Below are positions 46,197 to 56,364 of a DNA stretch of 57,539 bases, in pieces (position 1 is the stretch's first letter; every line of letters starts with the position of its first letter). The DNA lies in the NCBI GenBank assembly GCA_964647565.1, contig CAZYIM010000016.1, positions 1-57,539 on the forward strand, read 5' to 3'. Both the position numbers and the translations under genes were made by a program. This DNA comes from an uncultured Methanosarcinales archaeon. Its GTDB lineage: Archaea > Nanobdellota > Nanobdellia > Woesearchaeales > CAZYIM01. The notes below the pieces were generated by a model. It was not told the DNA's origin, ran no database searches, and worked only from the letters and a program-made list of their open reading frames with translations.

Positions 46197-46759
46197 TTTG
46201 GGAACATCTCTGATTCAACAACATCGCAGATAATATGCGCTCCTGCAATATGGCACTCCTGGATTCGTGGTGTCTGTTCTGATGGTGCTGCAAATAGTAG
46301 ATTGCAAAGATTCTTCATCTTGCCGCCACTTTTACCTGTAAATCCAACTACAAGCAGCTTCTTTTGTTTTGCAGAGGAGATGGCTTCAAGGATGTTGCCT
46401 GAGTTGCCGCTAGTGCTGATTGCGATCAACACATCACCCTCCTGCCCTAGTGCATCTATTTGCTTGGAGAAGACATAGTTAAAGCTTGAATCATTACTTA
46501 TGCATGTGAGAATTGATGTGTCTGTGGTCAATGCGATAGCAGGAAGGGAGTCTCTGTCGTAGTTGAATCTGTTTATGAATTCACCTGCGATATGTTGGCA
46601 GTCTGCTGCGCTGCCCCCATTACCACATAGAAGCACCTTATGATTATGTTTTAAGCAGGTTATAATTACGTCTGATATTTGCCCTAGAATCTCTTCGTAG
46701 TTAAGTAAATTTTTATGAACCTGCAAGATATCTTGCAACAATTGATTAATCTTCTCCAT
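46193..46759 (-). CDS. gmhA: Sedoheptulose-7-phosphate isomerase
   Basis: CGNGGSAADCQH, ISTSGNS, TPRIQECH. ATG 46759 follows a GGAGGTGA RBS. Confidence 0.94.
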   Translation of the reverse strand: MEKINQLLQDILQVHKNLLNYEEILGQISDVIITCLKHNHKVLLCGNGGSAADCQHIAGEFINRFNYDRDSLPAIALTTDTSILTCISNDSSFNYVFSKQIDALGQEGDVLIAISTSGNSGNILEAISSAKQKKLLVVGFTGKSGGKMKNLCNLLFAAPSEQTPRIQECHIAGAHIICDVVESEMFPK

Positions 46760-46782
46760 TAATCTCACCTCCTAATCAGTTT

Positions 46783-48192
46783 TCATAGATATTTAAATCT
46801 CGTCACGGGTTCCTTATATATATCAAGGTGTTCGTGGGCCCAGCTAAAAAAGTTTTCCCTATTTTCAAGGATAATCTTAAGTTTTTTGGTTATTTCGCCC
46901 GCTACGTTAGTACCATAGATCCTCTTCCTATTAGTCATATCCTCTCTGTAGTATCTAAACACCTGGTTGACTGTATTTGCTACGAAGTTTGCAGAGAGTG
47001 GCGGAGCTAATAGATTAGAGTTGGCTTGCATCACTGTTTCTGGCCGATCTGTATTAAACCTGGCTGTGATACAGGGTTTCTGGAGCTCATTCATCTCTTC
47101 CTGCATACTGCCTGAATCTGTAAATATGGCCCAGCAATGATCTGAACTTACAAATTCCATAACATGACTATATTCTTTCCATAACGGTGTGAAAAGGAAA
47201 TTGGTGTTAGCTTTATCAAGCTTCATTAATTGGTCTCGTAATCCAAAATGCTCAAGTGCCCTGCGAGTAGCAGTAAGTTCTACAAAAACAACCTTTTTAC
47301 CATCTTTGACAAGAGATGTGACTCCGCCGATAATAGCCTTAAATCTCTTTTCAGTCAGATTGCCTCGTCTGTGAATATCGACTCGTAGCCATTCTCCATT
47401 TTCAAGTGTAGGATATACGTCAAAAACACTCTGCTCTGGTTTAGATTTTTGTTTATGCTTGATAACATCAACAACAGTATTACCTGTAATAAATATCTTA
47501 TCTTGTTTATGACCTTCAGTTGTTAGATGGTCTGCATTTAGTTTTACAGGGGCTAAAAAAAACTCGCTTCCGAGTGCGGACACAGTAGTATCTATCTGTT
47601 CAGGAAAAGGTTCTGTCTTGTTACGGATCCAATCTCCCTGGAATTGTTGATTAACAAAGTCCTGGAAATCATTAGTTGCTTTTAATTTAATGAACGATGC
47701 AGGAGACATACTTCTAAGACCTGCTTCGCCCTGGATGGATTTTAAATTGGTGGCAAAAAGCCAAGCTAATGGCACTACTCCTGCTGCCAAAGTATCTCCG
47801 TTTACATAAGGTATTAGATCTACGCCAGGATGCCTTTTATTGAGCCACGTTGACACAAATTTTAACTTAGTGAAAAGTTCAGCAGATTTCTGACATAGAT
47901 CACCTCTAATATTTAGATTGATGGCAATGTTCTTGATGAAGTTAAACTCCTTAAGACCATGACCTAGGAACTCATCGTAATGCTGGCCTGTATTAATTAG
48001 GATATATGGCAGGTTCTTCTTATGAAACTCCTCTGCAAGGCTCCAAAGCTTATAAAAACAGGGTTTAGTTGCTAAAACAATACCTATAACTTGCCTGCAA
48101 CCTGATTTACTCATTTTGAAGACCCTGTCTAGGATATCATCATTTAGTTCGATAGGTTCTTCTGGGTTTCTAGGAATATTTTTAATTATCAT
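46783..48192 (-). CDS. Divergent UDP-N-acetylglucosamine 2-epimerase (WecB-like)
   Basis: ATKP, NTGQHYD, GDT, EAGLRS, PFPEQ, TGNTVVD, HRRGN, TDSGSMQEE, TDRPET. Confidence 0.8.
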   Translation of the reverse strand: MIIKNIPRNPEEPIELNDDILDRVFKMSKSGCRQVIGIVLATKPCFYKLWSLAEEFHKKNLPYILINTGQHYDEFLGHGLKEFNFIKNIAINLNIRGDLCQKSAELFTKLKFVSTWLNKRHPGVDLIPYVNGDTLAAGVVPLAWLFATNLKSIQGEAGLRSMSPASFIKLKATNDFQDFVNQQFQGDWIRNKTEPFPEQIDTTVSALGSEFFLAPVKLNADHLTTEGHKQDKIFITGNTVVDVIKHKQKSKPEQSVFDVYPTLENGEWLRVDIHRRGNLTEKRFKAIIGGVTSLVKDGKKVVFVELTATRRALEHFGLRDQLMKLDKANTNFLFTPLWKEYSHVMEFVSSDHCWAIFTDSGSMQEEMNELQKPCITARFNTDRPETVMQANSNLLAPPLSANFVANTVNQVFRYYREDMTNRKRIYGTNVAGEITKKLKIILENRENFFSWAHEHLDIYKEPVTRFKYL

Positions 48193-49156
48193 GGTGTACT
48201 ATCCTCGTACCTTCAGGTTCATAGCTAAATCTAAACTCGGTTAGGTGTTTGAGTTTTTTTCTGATCTTGTCATGGTTTTTAGGTTCAGAGTATAAAAGCA
48301 GAAAGCCTCCACCTCCTGCGCCACAGATCTTTCCACCAAGAGCTCCTGCTTTGAGAGCATGTTGGTAAAGATTATCTATCTGTGAATTAGAGATGCCAGA
48401 AGCCAGTTTTCTTTTCATGATCCAGTTCTCGTGCAACAGCCTGCCAAATTCAGATAATTCTTGTCTTTCTAAAGCAGCTCTCATTTTCATTGTTAATTGC
48501 TTCATCTTTTTTAGATGATCTATGTTCATGCCAGTATTCTTTTTCTGTTCTTTGTGAATTCCTGTTGACTTTCGGGTCATACCAGTATAGAACATGAGTA
48601 ATCTTTGTGTTAAAGCATTCTTGAATTTTCTTGTACAGATGATAGGATTGATACTTACAGAATGATCAGGGTTGAACTGGATGTAGTTAAGCCCTCCGAA
48701 CGAGGAAATAAACTGATCCTGGTAACCCCCCTCTTCTTTTAGGATATTTCTTTCGATATGGACGGCTCTTTTTGCCAGTTCATATTTACTTTTTCTAATA
48801 CCTCTATATGCAAACAGAGCGTTTAACAAACCCACGAGAAATGTGCTTGAAGAGCCCAGGCCAGTACCCTTGGAGGTTATATCTGCAAGTGAGCTAATTT
48901 CTACTGAGTTGGCTATGCCAGTCATTTTCAGGGCTTCTCTGAATAAGGGATGTTGGATCTTGTGAATGCTATCCACAGTCTCGCTTTGGGAGTATTTGAG
49001 ATTAATTTCCTTTGCAAAATAGTTATGGATGGCAATAAAAATATATTTATCAATAGTCATGTTTACGACACAACCAAACTCCTTTTCAAAGAACGCAGGT
49101 ATGTCTGTACCCCCTCCAACAAACGATATTCTTAACGGTGTTTTTGAAATTATCAA
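48182..49156 (-). CDS. hddA: D-glycero-alpha-D-manno-heptose-7-phosphate kinase (GHMP family)
   Basis: KTPLRISFVGGGTD, GTGLGSSS, GYQDQ..SFGG, GGKICGAGGGG. Confidence 0.88.
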   Translation of the reverse strand: MIISKTPLRISFVGGGTDIPAFFEKEFGCVVNMTIDKYIFIAIHNYFAKEINLKYSQSETVDSIHKIQHPLFREALKMTGIANSVEISSLADITSKGTGLGSSSTFLVGLLNALFAYRGIRKSKYELAKRAVHIERNILKEEGGYQDQFISSFGGLNYIQFNPDHSVSINPIICTRKFKNALTQRLLMFYTGMTRKSTGIHKEQKKNTGMNIDHLKKMKQLTMKMRAALERQELSEFGRLLHENWIMKRKLASGISNSQIDNLYQHALKAGALGGKICGAGGGGFLLLYSEPKNHDKIRKKLKHLTEFRFSYEPEGTRIVHHDN

Positions 49157-49173
49157 TAACGACCACCCAATAG

Positions 49174-49189
49174 TCGGGGAAAGCCCCGA
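49174..49189. other. GC-rich intergenic hairpin
   Basis: TCGGGG-AAAG-CCCCGA between the gmhB stop and the hddA RBS. Confidence 0.6.
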
Positions 49190-49192
49190 GGT

Positions 49193-49804
49193 TTAATAAT
49201 CTTTTGCAATTAATGAACAAGCGGAGTATAGATTATCGCAGATTTGATCTGGTTTTACATCATATCTCTTGTCTTTGCCAGCATAACCAGTCTTTACAAG
49301 TATTGTTTTACAGCCGACATTCTGGCCAGCTTGGATATCCCTAGTGCTATCTCCAATAACAAAAGAGTTAACCAGATCAATATTGAGTATTTCTGCAGCT
49401 TTTTTTATCATACCAGAAGAAGGTTTTCGACAGGAACATTTACGCCTGTATCTGGGATCATTGGCTTCGGGATGGTTCCTTTCAGGATGGTGCGGGCAAT
49501 AGTAGATTGCATCTATTTTAGCACCTCTTCTCAAGAGTCGTTTCCTGATGGTTTCATTTATCTCAACAACATCTTTTTCCGTGCAGAGATTCCTAGCAAC
49601 AACTGGTTGATTGGTTACTATGATTACCAGGCATCCCTTTTTATTTAGCAGTTTAATGCCTTTAGCTGTATTCTTAATGATGCGAATCTGACTGATTTTG
49701 TGAAGAAGGTTTACTTCTTTATTTATAGTGCCATCCCTGTCAAGGAAAACCGCTCTATGTTTCTTGTTCTTATTAACATGTTTATTGAGAATCAGCTCTC
49801 TCAT
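49193..49804 (-). CDS. gmhB: Heptose-1,7-bisphosphate phosphatase (HAD IIIA)
   Basis: FLDRDGTIN, VTNQ, CPHHP, CSCRKP, IGDSTRD. Confidence 0.9.
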   Translation of the reverse strand: MRELILNKHVNKNKKHRAVFLDRDGTINKEVNLLHKISQIRIIKNTAKGIKLLNKKGCLVIIVTNQPVVARNLCTEKDVVEINETIRKRLLRRGAKIDAIYYCPHHPERNHPEANDPRYRRKCSCRKPSSGMIKKAAEILNIDLVNSFVIGDSTRDIQAGQNVGCKTILVKTGYAGKDKRYDVKPDQICDNLYSACSLIAKDY

Positions 49805-50742
49805 TTTTCTTGTTCTTTGATAAAATCCCGGGCTCCAGCTCTGACTGCCTCGTCAGAGGTGTAGCGGGCTTTCCAGCCAAGTCGATTGATTTTTGAAACA
49901 TCAAAGGCAACTTCTGCAACATCACCAGGCCAGCCTCTTTTGCCTCCGGTGAAATTATATTTAACATTCTTCAGGCCCAGTTCTTGGACTATGGTATCTG
50001 CAATAGTTACCACATCTGTTGCACCTATGCAACCTAAATTGAAATAGTTGATCTGTTTGTTGCTATTTTTCCAGCCAAACAAGATGCCATCAACACAATT
50101 CTTTACTTCGAGATATGGTTTTTTTTGGCTTCCATCACCAAGTATTTCAAGTTCCTTAGGATTTTCATTAAGCTTCTTGACGAAATCTGGTAAGATTCCA
50201 TGAGATCCCCTACTGCCAATTATGTTTGCAAACCTGAACATCCAGGCTTGAAAATTAAAGTTGTGGCAAAATGAGGATATTAGACCTTCACAAGCAAGTT
50301 TGCTAGCGCCGTAGAATGATATTGGTAGTAAGGGCCCATAATTTTCGGGAGTAGGTTTGATATCTGCTTCACCGTAGATTGCTGATGTTGAAGAGAACAC
50401 TATTTTCTTAATATTATTGAATCTCATTGATTCCAGCACATTATAGGTCACGATAGTGCCCTGTTTGAGATCTATATTGGTAACATCATTGTTACTAATG
50501 TCCGAATTCGCAGCCAGATGGAATACAATGTCTGCACCAGTCATGGCGTGTTTTAGTTTTTCAAGGTCGAGCAGATCAGACTCTATGAACTTAAAATTCT
50601 TCTTATCCAGATGATGTTCTATCTTTTCTTTGCTTCCAAGAGAAAGATTATCATATACTATAACCTCATGATTTTCAGCCATGAGCCTGTCTATCAGATG
50701 GCTTCCTATAAATCCTGCGCCTCCACTAACAAAACATTTCAT
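49801..50742 (-). CDS. NAD-dependent sugar epimerase/dehydratase (GalE-like)
   Basis: SGGAGFIGSH, HLAAN, SSTSAIYG, YGASK, GWPGD. Confidence 0.9.
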   Translation of the reverse strand: MKCFVSGGAGFIGSHLIDRLMAENHEVIVYDNLSLGSKEKIEHHLDKKNFKFIESDLLDLEKLKHAMTGADIVFHLAANSDISNNDVTNIDLKQGTIVTYNVLESMRFNNIKKIVFSSTSAIYGEADIKPTPENYGPLLPISFYGASKLACEGLISSFCHNFNFQAWMFRFANIIGSRGSHGILPDFVKKLNENPKELEILGDGSQKKPYLEVKNCVDGILFGWKNSNKQINYFNLGCIGATDVVTIADTIVQELGLKNVKYNFTGGKRGWPGDVAEVAFDVSKINRLGWKARYTSDEAVRAGARDFIKEQEK

Positions 50743-50834
50743 GCTAGTTTGTGAGATTTGAGATGCGTTTATATATTTTTTTAATATTGAATATATCTTA
50801 GAGGTAAATTTATAAATATCCTTTTTTTTATTTA

Positions 50835-51581
50835 ATGAAAATGGAAAATCAGAAGATGCTCAACAGTCTTTCAATCTTCTTACTAGCCTATAATGAGGAG
50901 GAAAATATTGAAAAGGCAGTTTTTACTGCATTTTCTGTTGCTAAATATATGGCAAAAAAATTCGAGATTATTGTTGTTCTCTATGAAGGCTCGACTGATA
51001 AGACTGGCGAGATCGTTAGAAACCTGTCAAGAGAGTTAGGTAACATAAGACTGGTGATACAGGGAAAAGATATGAAAGGTTATGGTAATGCCCTTAGGAT
51101 CGGTATTGAGAGTTCTAAAAATGAATACATTTTTTATACTGATGCAGATAATCAATTTGATCTTTTTGAACTCAAGAAGTTCCTTCCATTCATTAAAGAG
51201 TATGACATGATTGCAGGGTATAGGATACAGAGGGCTGAAGGTTTTGTGAGATTATTTATGGCCTGGGGCTACAATATCCTTGCTAAGATGTTGTTTAAAG
51301 TGAACTATAAGGATATGGATTGTGCTTTTAAGCTGTTTAAGAAGAGCATGTTTGATAAGGTCAAACTTACATCTTCCAAAGGCTTTGTGGATCCTGAGCT
51401 ATTTATCAAGGCAGAGCATTATCACTTGAAGATAAAACAGTTAGGTGTGCAGCATTATAAGCGCTTTGAAGGAAGAGCGCTTTTCCAGGCCAATAAATGG
51501 GGCATGATCAAGTTTAGTGTGATTAAAGATCTCGTAAAAGAGATGCTAGAACTTAAGGAAGAGATGAAAACTCTTAAATAA
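50835..51581 (+). CDS. Glycosyltransferase family 2 (DPM1-like)
   Basis: AYNEEENI, GSTD, GYG.AL..G, TDAD, DMDCAFK. Confidence 0.9.
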   Translation: MKMENQKMLNSLSIFLLAYNEEENIEKAVFTAFSVAKYMAKKFEIIVVLYEGSTDKTGEIVRNLSRELGNIRLVIQGKDMKGYGNALRIGIESSKNEYIFYTDADNQFDLFELKKFLPFIKEYDMIAGYRIQRAEGFVRLFMAWGYNILAKMLFKVNYKDMDCAFKLFKKSMFDKVKLTSSKGFVDPELFIKAEHYHLKIKQLGVQHYKRFEGRALFQANKWGMIKFSVIKDLVKEMLELKEEMKTLK

Positions 51582-51620
51582 AACCTTTAACCAAGAACTA
51601 TTTTGTGGGGTGGATTAGTA

Positions 51621-52421
51621 TTGGATGATGATCATATAAACAGAGAAGCTGCTTTCTATGATGAGTGGGCAGATACTATAGATGTCAATTCAGTGAAGGT
51701 TGATGAATTCTTTGAAGCTTGTACTGCTCCTGAGAATAGATATATACTTAAGCAAGTAGGCAGTCTTAAAGGAAAGAAAGTACTGGATCTTGGCTGTGGT
51801 ATGGGAGATTCTTCTGTCTACTTTGCAAAAAAGGGCGCATCTGTAGTTGCTACTGATGTTTCTGAAGGCGTTCTTAAGATTGTGCATAGGGTCGCTAAGG
51901 CACACCACACATCTTTGAAGACTCAGATTGTTGATGCAGAGAAACTGCCGTTTGAAGAAGGTACTTTTGATTTTGTCTATGCAGCCAATATGCTGCACCA
52001 TGTTGATCCTGAAAAGACTATCAAAGAGGCTGCTAGAGTCTTGAAGAAAGGGGGTTATTTAGCATCTTGGGATCCTCTAGCATACAATCCCTTAATCAAT
52101 ATATATAGGCGAATTGCAACTAAGATGCGAACAGAAGATGAGACTCCTATGAAGATGAATATTATCAAAATATTCAGGAAGCATTTTGGATCTGTTAAAT
52201 ACACAGCAACATGGTTTTTTACTTTATGGATCTTTATTAAGTTCTATTTGATTGATAGGATTGACCCTAACAAAGAAAAATATTGGAAAAAAATCATATA
52301 TGATCATAAAAAGCTTGAGAAAAGCTATAATTTTCTTGAAAAATTTGATAGAGGATTCCTGAAACTGCTTCCATTTATGAAGAGGTTCTGCTGGAATCTG
52401 GTTGTGGTGGCAAAAAAATGA
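51621..52421 (+). CDS. Class I SAM-dependent methyltransferase
   Basis: VLDLGCGMG, DAEKLPF..FDFV, LHH, RVLKKGG. TTG 51621 follows a GGGGTGG RBS. Confidence 0.88.
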   Translation: MDDDHINREAAFYDEWADTIDVNSVKVDEFFEACTAPENRYILKQVGSLKGKKVLDLGCGMGDSSVYFAKKGASVVATDVSEGVLKIVHRVAKAHHTSLKTQIVDAEKLPFEEGTFDFVYAANMLHHVDPEKTIKEAARVLKKGGYLASWDPLAYNPLINIYRRIATKMRTEDETPMKMNIIKIFRKHFGSVKYTATWFFTLWIFIKFYLIDRIDPNKEKYWKKIIYDHKKLEKSYNFLEKFDRGFLKLLPFMKRFCWNLVVVAKK

Positions 52422-54343
52422 AAATTGGCAAAAAAGAATTCAAATTCAATTTTAGTGAACATTGGTGGATTATTATTCTATTGGGTGTGGCTATATCATT
52501 TTTAGTGACTAATGGTCAACTGACCCAGGGTTTAAAATCATTACCTACTTGCCTGTATGGCTGCGATTTTTACTATGAGCAAGGCATTGCTATGGATATT
52601 ATGAACAATCCTGCGAATTCATGGCAGTCTTCAACTCATGATTGGCTTGGCCCAAATACTAATTCTATTCCTAAATCAGCTTTTTATCTGAGAGCATTAG
52701 TACAAGTATTCTCTCCTTACGACTATTTCAATTCTTGGAAAACCTTGATTACACTTTCATATTTTTTAGTACTTGTTGGAGTTGCAGGTTGGTTTCTGTT
52801 GTATAATAAAATGTTCGGAAATAAACTATTGAGCATTTTCCTGACTGTCATCTCTTTTAGTCTGTTAGACTTGCCCTATTTTAAGGGAAGGGCCATTCTG
52901 AATGTTATTTTTCCATATCTTTTCCTGTTGTATATACAGATATTGGAAGATGACAAGATTAATTTGAAGACTTTCTTGTATTCAATATTGACCATTGCAG
53001 TCATTGTGTTTATCTCTAATGCACATGCTATGGGCTTTTTTTTGTGTTATTTTTTCCTGGGCTTTGGATATCTGTTCTTTAGTTTCAAATCCATTAAACC
53101 AAAGCAGTGGCTTAAGACCTTAAAGACCAGGGTGTTTAGGAACAAGACCATTGTGTTTTTCTTTATAATCATAATTAGTATAGGCCTCAATTTTTTATTG
53201 GGTTGGTGGTACTATACAATATTTGTGCATGGAGGTGCTGAAAATGCTGAAAGATTTGATGTACATGTACCTCTAACTAATACATCCGCATTTCTTTCTA
53301 GGACCTTGGGCGCCGTACAGCACCTTTTTCTTCGTTTCGACAGCTTTACAACAGGTTTTCTTTCAATAATGTCAATATTGGGTGTGGCTGCAATGTTTTT
53401 TCTTAAGACTAAAAGCACGCGCGTTAGGTATATACGCTGGATATTCTACGCATTTTTATTCTCTGTTTTCAACTATGTGATTACAGTTCCATTATTAGGG
53501 AAAAACTTAAGTCCTGCTCATGCTCTTGATTTGTTGGGAGTATTTTTTACAGCATGTTTGTTTGCATTAGTTTTCTTTTCTGCTAGGAGTATTTTCAAAT
53601 ATCCTAGAATCGCAGAGATGGCAGTCCTGCTATTGCTTATTGTAGCATTCACATCCTTGAACGTGCATGCTATAAAGGTCAAGAGATCCAACGATAAATT
53701 TTGGACTAATGGTGCCAGGGAATTACCTGCTTATTATCTAGGACTGCAGGATTGGTACAAGCAGAACAATATTAATCCTTCAGATACTATATTGATTTCA
53801 ACTAACGAACTAAGTTTTGCCTCACACGGCGTGACTGGTTGTAAGCTTTTAGCAGGAAGACAATCACATTTTTTCTTTTATGGTGATTTCCAGAGATATT
53901 GGTTAGATTCTGCAGTCATCCTTTATAGTAATAGTGCTGAAGTTAGGAAAAATTTATTACAACATTATGTTGATCTGGCATCCAAAACAGGTAAGACACT
54001 TTATCTTTACTGGGATTACTACTGGATTAATAGCGAATATACTTCAGATGGGCAAGGAGGATATAGACCGTTTGATCCATTAAGGTTTGAGCATACACCA
54101 CAAAGAGAGAAGGTACTTAAGACTAATGGCATAAAGTTTGCCTTACAACAAGATGCTATCTTTGAACCATCTGCACAGAATAATCCCTATGCCCAAAGAT
54201 TGGACATCCTTTATGTAAGTCCTGACAACTATCGGAACCAGACACATCCCTGGAATGCAGATCTTGATCAATATCTTGAAGAAGTGTGGAATTTCAAATC
54301 AGGTTCAGATAAAGTTGCTGCACTTTACGAGATAAAGGTTTAA
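52418..54343 (+). CDS. Polytopic membrane protein, GT-C-like architecture
   Basis: First TM followed by a loop with acidic YGCDFYYE, about 10-12 further TMs and a soluble C-terminal domain of about 220 aa; in glycosylation context. Confidence 0.55.
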   Translation: MKIGKKEFKFNFSEHWWIIILLGVAISFLVTNGQLTQGLKSLPTCLYGCDFYYEQGIAMDIMNNPANSWQSSTHDWLGPNTNSIPKSAFYLRALVQVFSPYDYFNSWKTLITLSYFLVLVGVAGWFLLYNKMFGNKLLSIFLTVISFSLLDLPYFKGRAILNVIFPYLFLLYIQILEDDKINLKTFLYSILTIAVIVFISNAHAMGFFLCYFFLGFGYLFFSFKSIKPKQWLKTLKTRVFRNKTIVFFFIIIISIGLNFLLGWWYYTIFVHGGAENAERFDVHVPLTNTSAFLSRTLGAVQHLFLRFDSFTTGFLSIMSILGVAAMFFLKTKSTRVRYIRWIFYAFLFSVFNYVITVPLLGKNLSPAHALDLLGVFFTACLFALVFFSARSIFKYPRIAEMAVLLLLIVAFTSLNVHAIKVKRSNDKFWTNGARELPAYYLGLQDWYKQNNINPSDTILISTNELSFASHGVTGCKLLAGRQSHFFFYGDFQRYWLDSAVILYSNSAEVRKNLLQHYVDLASKTGKTLYLYWDYYWINSEYTSDGQGGYRPFDPLRFEHTPQREKVLKTNGIKFALQQDAIFEPSAQNNPYAQRLDILYVSPDNYRNQTHPWNADLDQYLEEVWNFKSGSDKVAALYEIKV

Positions 54344-54373
54344 TTTTATTGGTTGTAGGTTAGTTTTAGTAAA

Positions 54374-56299
54374 ATGTGCGGAATATGTGGCTTTAACTGG
54401 GAAGAGCCTGAGCTGCTCAGGCGGATGAAAAAAGCAATTGTACATAGAGGTCCAGAAGGTCATGGACAGTATGCTGATAGTAGAGTATCTCTAGGGCACC
54501 TTAGGCTGAAAATCATTGATCTTTCTGAGCGTGGAAGCCAACCGATGACTAATGAAGATGGTTCTATCGTTATTATATATAATGGGGAGCTCTACAATTT
54601 CCAGGAATTAAGAGTCAAACTTGAGAGAAAGGGTCATAGGTTCAATAGTGATACTGATACAGAAGTCATCATACATGCATATGAAGAATTCGGGCCTGAC
54701 TGCCTTCATTATTTCAACGGTATGTTTGCATTCTGTATCTATGATACCCGAAAGAACCTGCTTTTTTTAGCAAGAGATAGGATCGGCATCAAACCGCTTT
54801 ATTATTATATTAAGGATAAAAAATTTATCTTTGCATCAGAGATTAAGGCTATTTTAGAGCATCCTCTAAAGCGTGAGGTTCATACAGGCGTATTGAATAA
54901 CTATTTTGCCCTTAGGTATGTCTGTAGTGAAGATACTATCTTTCAGAGTATCAAAAGACTTAAGCCGGGACATTATATGCTTTATGGGTTGGGAAATCGT
55001 AAACTGCAGATAAAACAGTATTGGGATATTCAGGTCACAAAGAGTGATTTGTTGCATAAGTCTGAACAATTTTTTGTGGATCGGCTTGGGGAGTTGTTAG
55101 AAGACTCTGTTAAAAGAAGACTGATTTCAGATGTTCCGCTGGGAGCCTTTCTTTCTGGGGGTCTTGACTCCAGTGGCATGGTTGCCTTAATGTCCAAGAT
55201 AAATAAGGATAATGAACAGGACGCTGCTGTCAAAACTTTTTCAGTTGGCTTTGAGATGGGTGAACATGTGAATGAGCTTACTTATGCAGCTCAGGTGGGT
55301 GAATTATTTGAGACTGACCATAATGAGTTTATGCTTAAACCAGGCATTATAAAGCATTTACCCAAGATTGTCTGGCATCTGGATGAGCCGATGGCAGATC
55401 CTGCCCTGCTTCCTCTATTTTACCTTTCTGCTCAAGCCAAGAAAAAAGTTACTGTTGTGTTGACTGGAGATGGTGGAGATGAGACTTTTGCAGGTTATGA
55501 TCATTATAAGTTCCTGAGCTGGTGGAAAAAGATTAGGCAGTTACCTGCTTTTGTTCCGGATCATTTAATACCAGGAGTTATGGAAAATACGCCGTCTGCT
55601 TTATTAGACAGGATTTATAAGATGTCGTCTGCAATGGGTGAAGAAGCTAATGCGCGGTTTAAAAGATTCATGAGAACCAGAAGAGTGGGAGAAGCATATT
55701 ATGAACTGCTTTCTGTGTTTGATGAGCATGAGAGAAAAGAGTTTCTTGGAAGGGACTATTTTAAAAAAAAGAAATATGCTGTTCTTGAAGCTAAGTTCTT
55801 TTCAGATCATCATAGATTCCTGAATAGGTTGCTCTACTTTGATTTTAAGAGAATGCTCGCAGAGAGTTTTTTGATGAAGACAGATAGGGCTACTATGGCG
55901 TATGCAGTCGAAGCAAGAGTACCGATCCTGGATCATACTATAACAGAGTTCGCATTTAAGATTCCTGCACGTTTTAAGCTGAGAGGTACAAACACCAAAT
56001 ATATCTTTAAGAAAACACTTCAGACGTTACTGCCCAAACAGATTATGAACAGACGTAAACAGGTCTTTCATGTGCCCATTGAGAACTGGATGGCCAAATA
56101 CATAAAAGATTTATCAGATTCGTTTTTATCTGAAAAAGAGCTGAAGAAGACTGGTTATTTCAAGCCTTACTATGTGAAGAAGTTGATGGCCAACTACAAA
56201 AAGTCAAAATTAGTTTATGCAAAACAGTTATGGAGCATACTGAATTTCCAGATATGGCATAAGTTATATATAGAGCGGCAGAAAATAAGAACCTTGTAA
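54374..56299 (+). CDS. asnB: Asparagine synthase (glutamine-hydrolysing)-like amidotransferase
   Basis: MCGICG, HRGP, YNGE, RDRIGIKPLYY, LSGGLDSS, TGDGGDETFAGY, EARVP. Confidence 0.92.
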   Translation: MCGICGFNWEEPELLRRMKKAIVHRGPEGHGQYADSRVSLGHLRLKIIDLSERGSQPMTNEDGSIVIIYNGELYNFQELRVKLERKGHRFNSDTDTEVIIHAYEEFGPDCLHYFNGMFAFCIYDTRKNLLFLARDRIGIKPLYYYIKDKKFIFASEIKAILEHPLKREVHTGVLNNYFALRYVCSEDTIFQSIKRLKPGHYMLYGLGNRKLQIKQYWDIQVTKSDLLHKSEQFFVDRLGELLEDSVKRRLISDVPLGAFLSGGLDSSGMVALMSKINKDNEQDAAVKTFSVGFEMGEHVNELTYAAQVGELFETDHNEFMLKPGIIKHLPKIVWHLDEPMADPALLPLFYLSAQAKKKVTVVLTGDGGDETFAGYDHYKFLSWWKKIRQLPAFVPDHLIPGVMENTPSALLDRIYKMSSAMGEEANARFKRFMRTRRVGEAYYELLSVFDEHERKEFLGRDYFKKKKYAVLEAKFFSDHHRFLNRLLYFDFKRMLAESFLMKTDRATMAYAVEARVPILDHTITEFAFKIPARFKLRGTNTKYIFKKTLQTLLPKQIMNRRKQVFHVPIENWMAKYIKDLSDSFLSEKELKKTGYFKPYYVKKLMANYKKSKLVYAKQLWSILNFQIWHKLYIERQKIRTL

Positions 56300-56364
56300 A
56301 TATTTGTTATCCACAAGTTTTATATATTGCTTTTATTTTTCATAGTTTTGGGGATGTGTGGTAT

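Noticed and set aside
304..55233. Numerous 60-190 aa ORFs antisense to or overlapping the called genes (e.g. 25325..25885, 30936..31412, 9722..10144)
   Set aside because: Shadow ORFs of well-supported genes with no motifs or independent expression signals.
56307..56315. Perfect DnaA box TTATCCACA
   Set aside because: Single 9-mer in an archaeal promoter region with no cluster or dnaA; compatible with chance.
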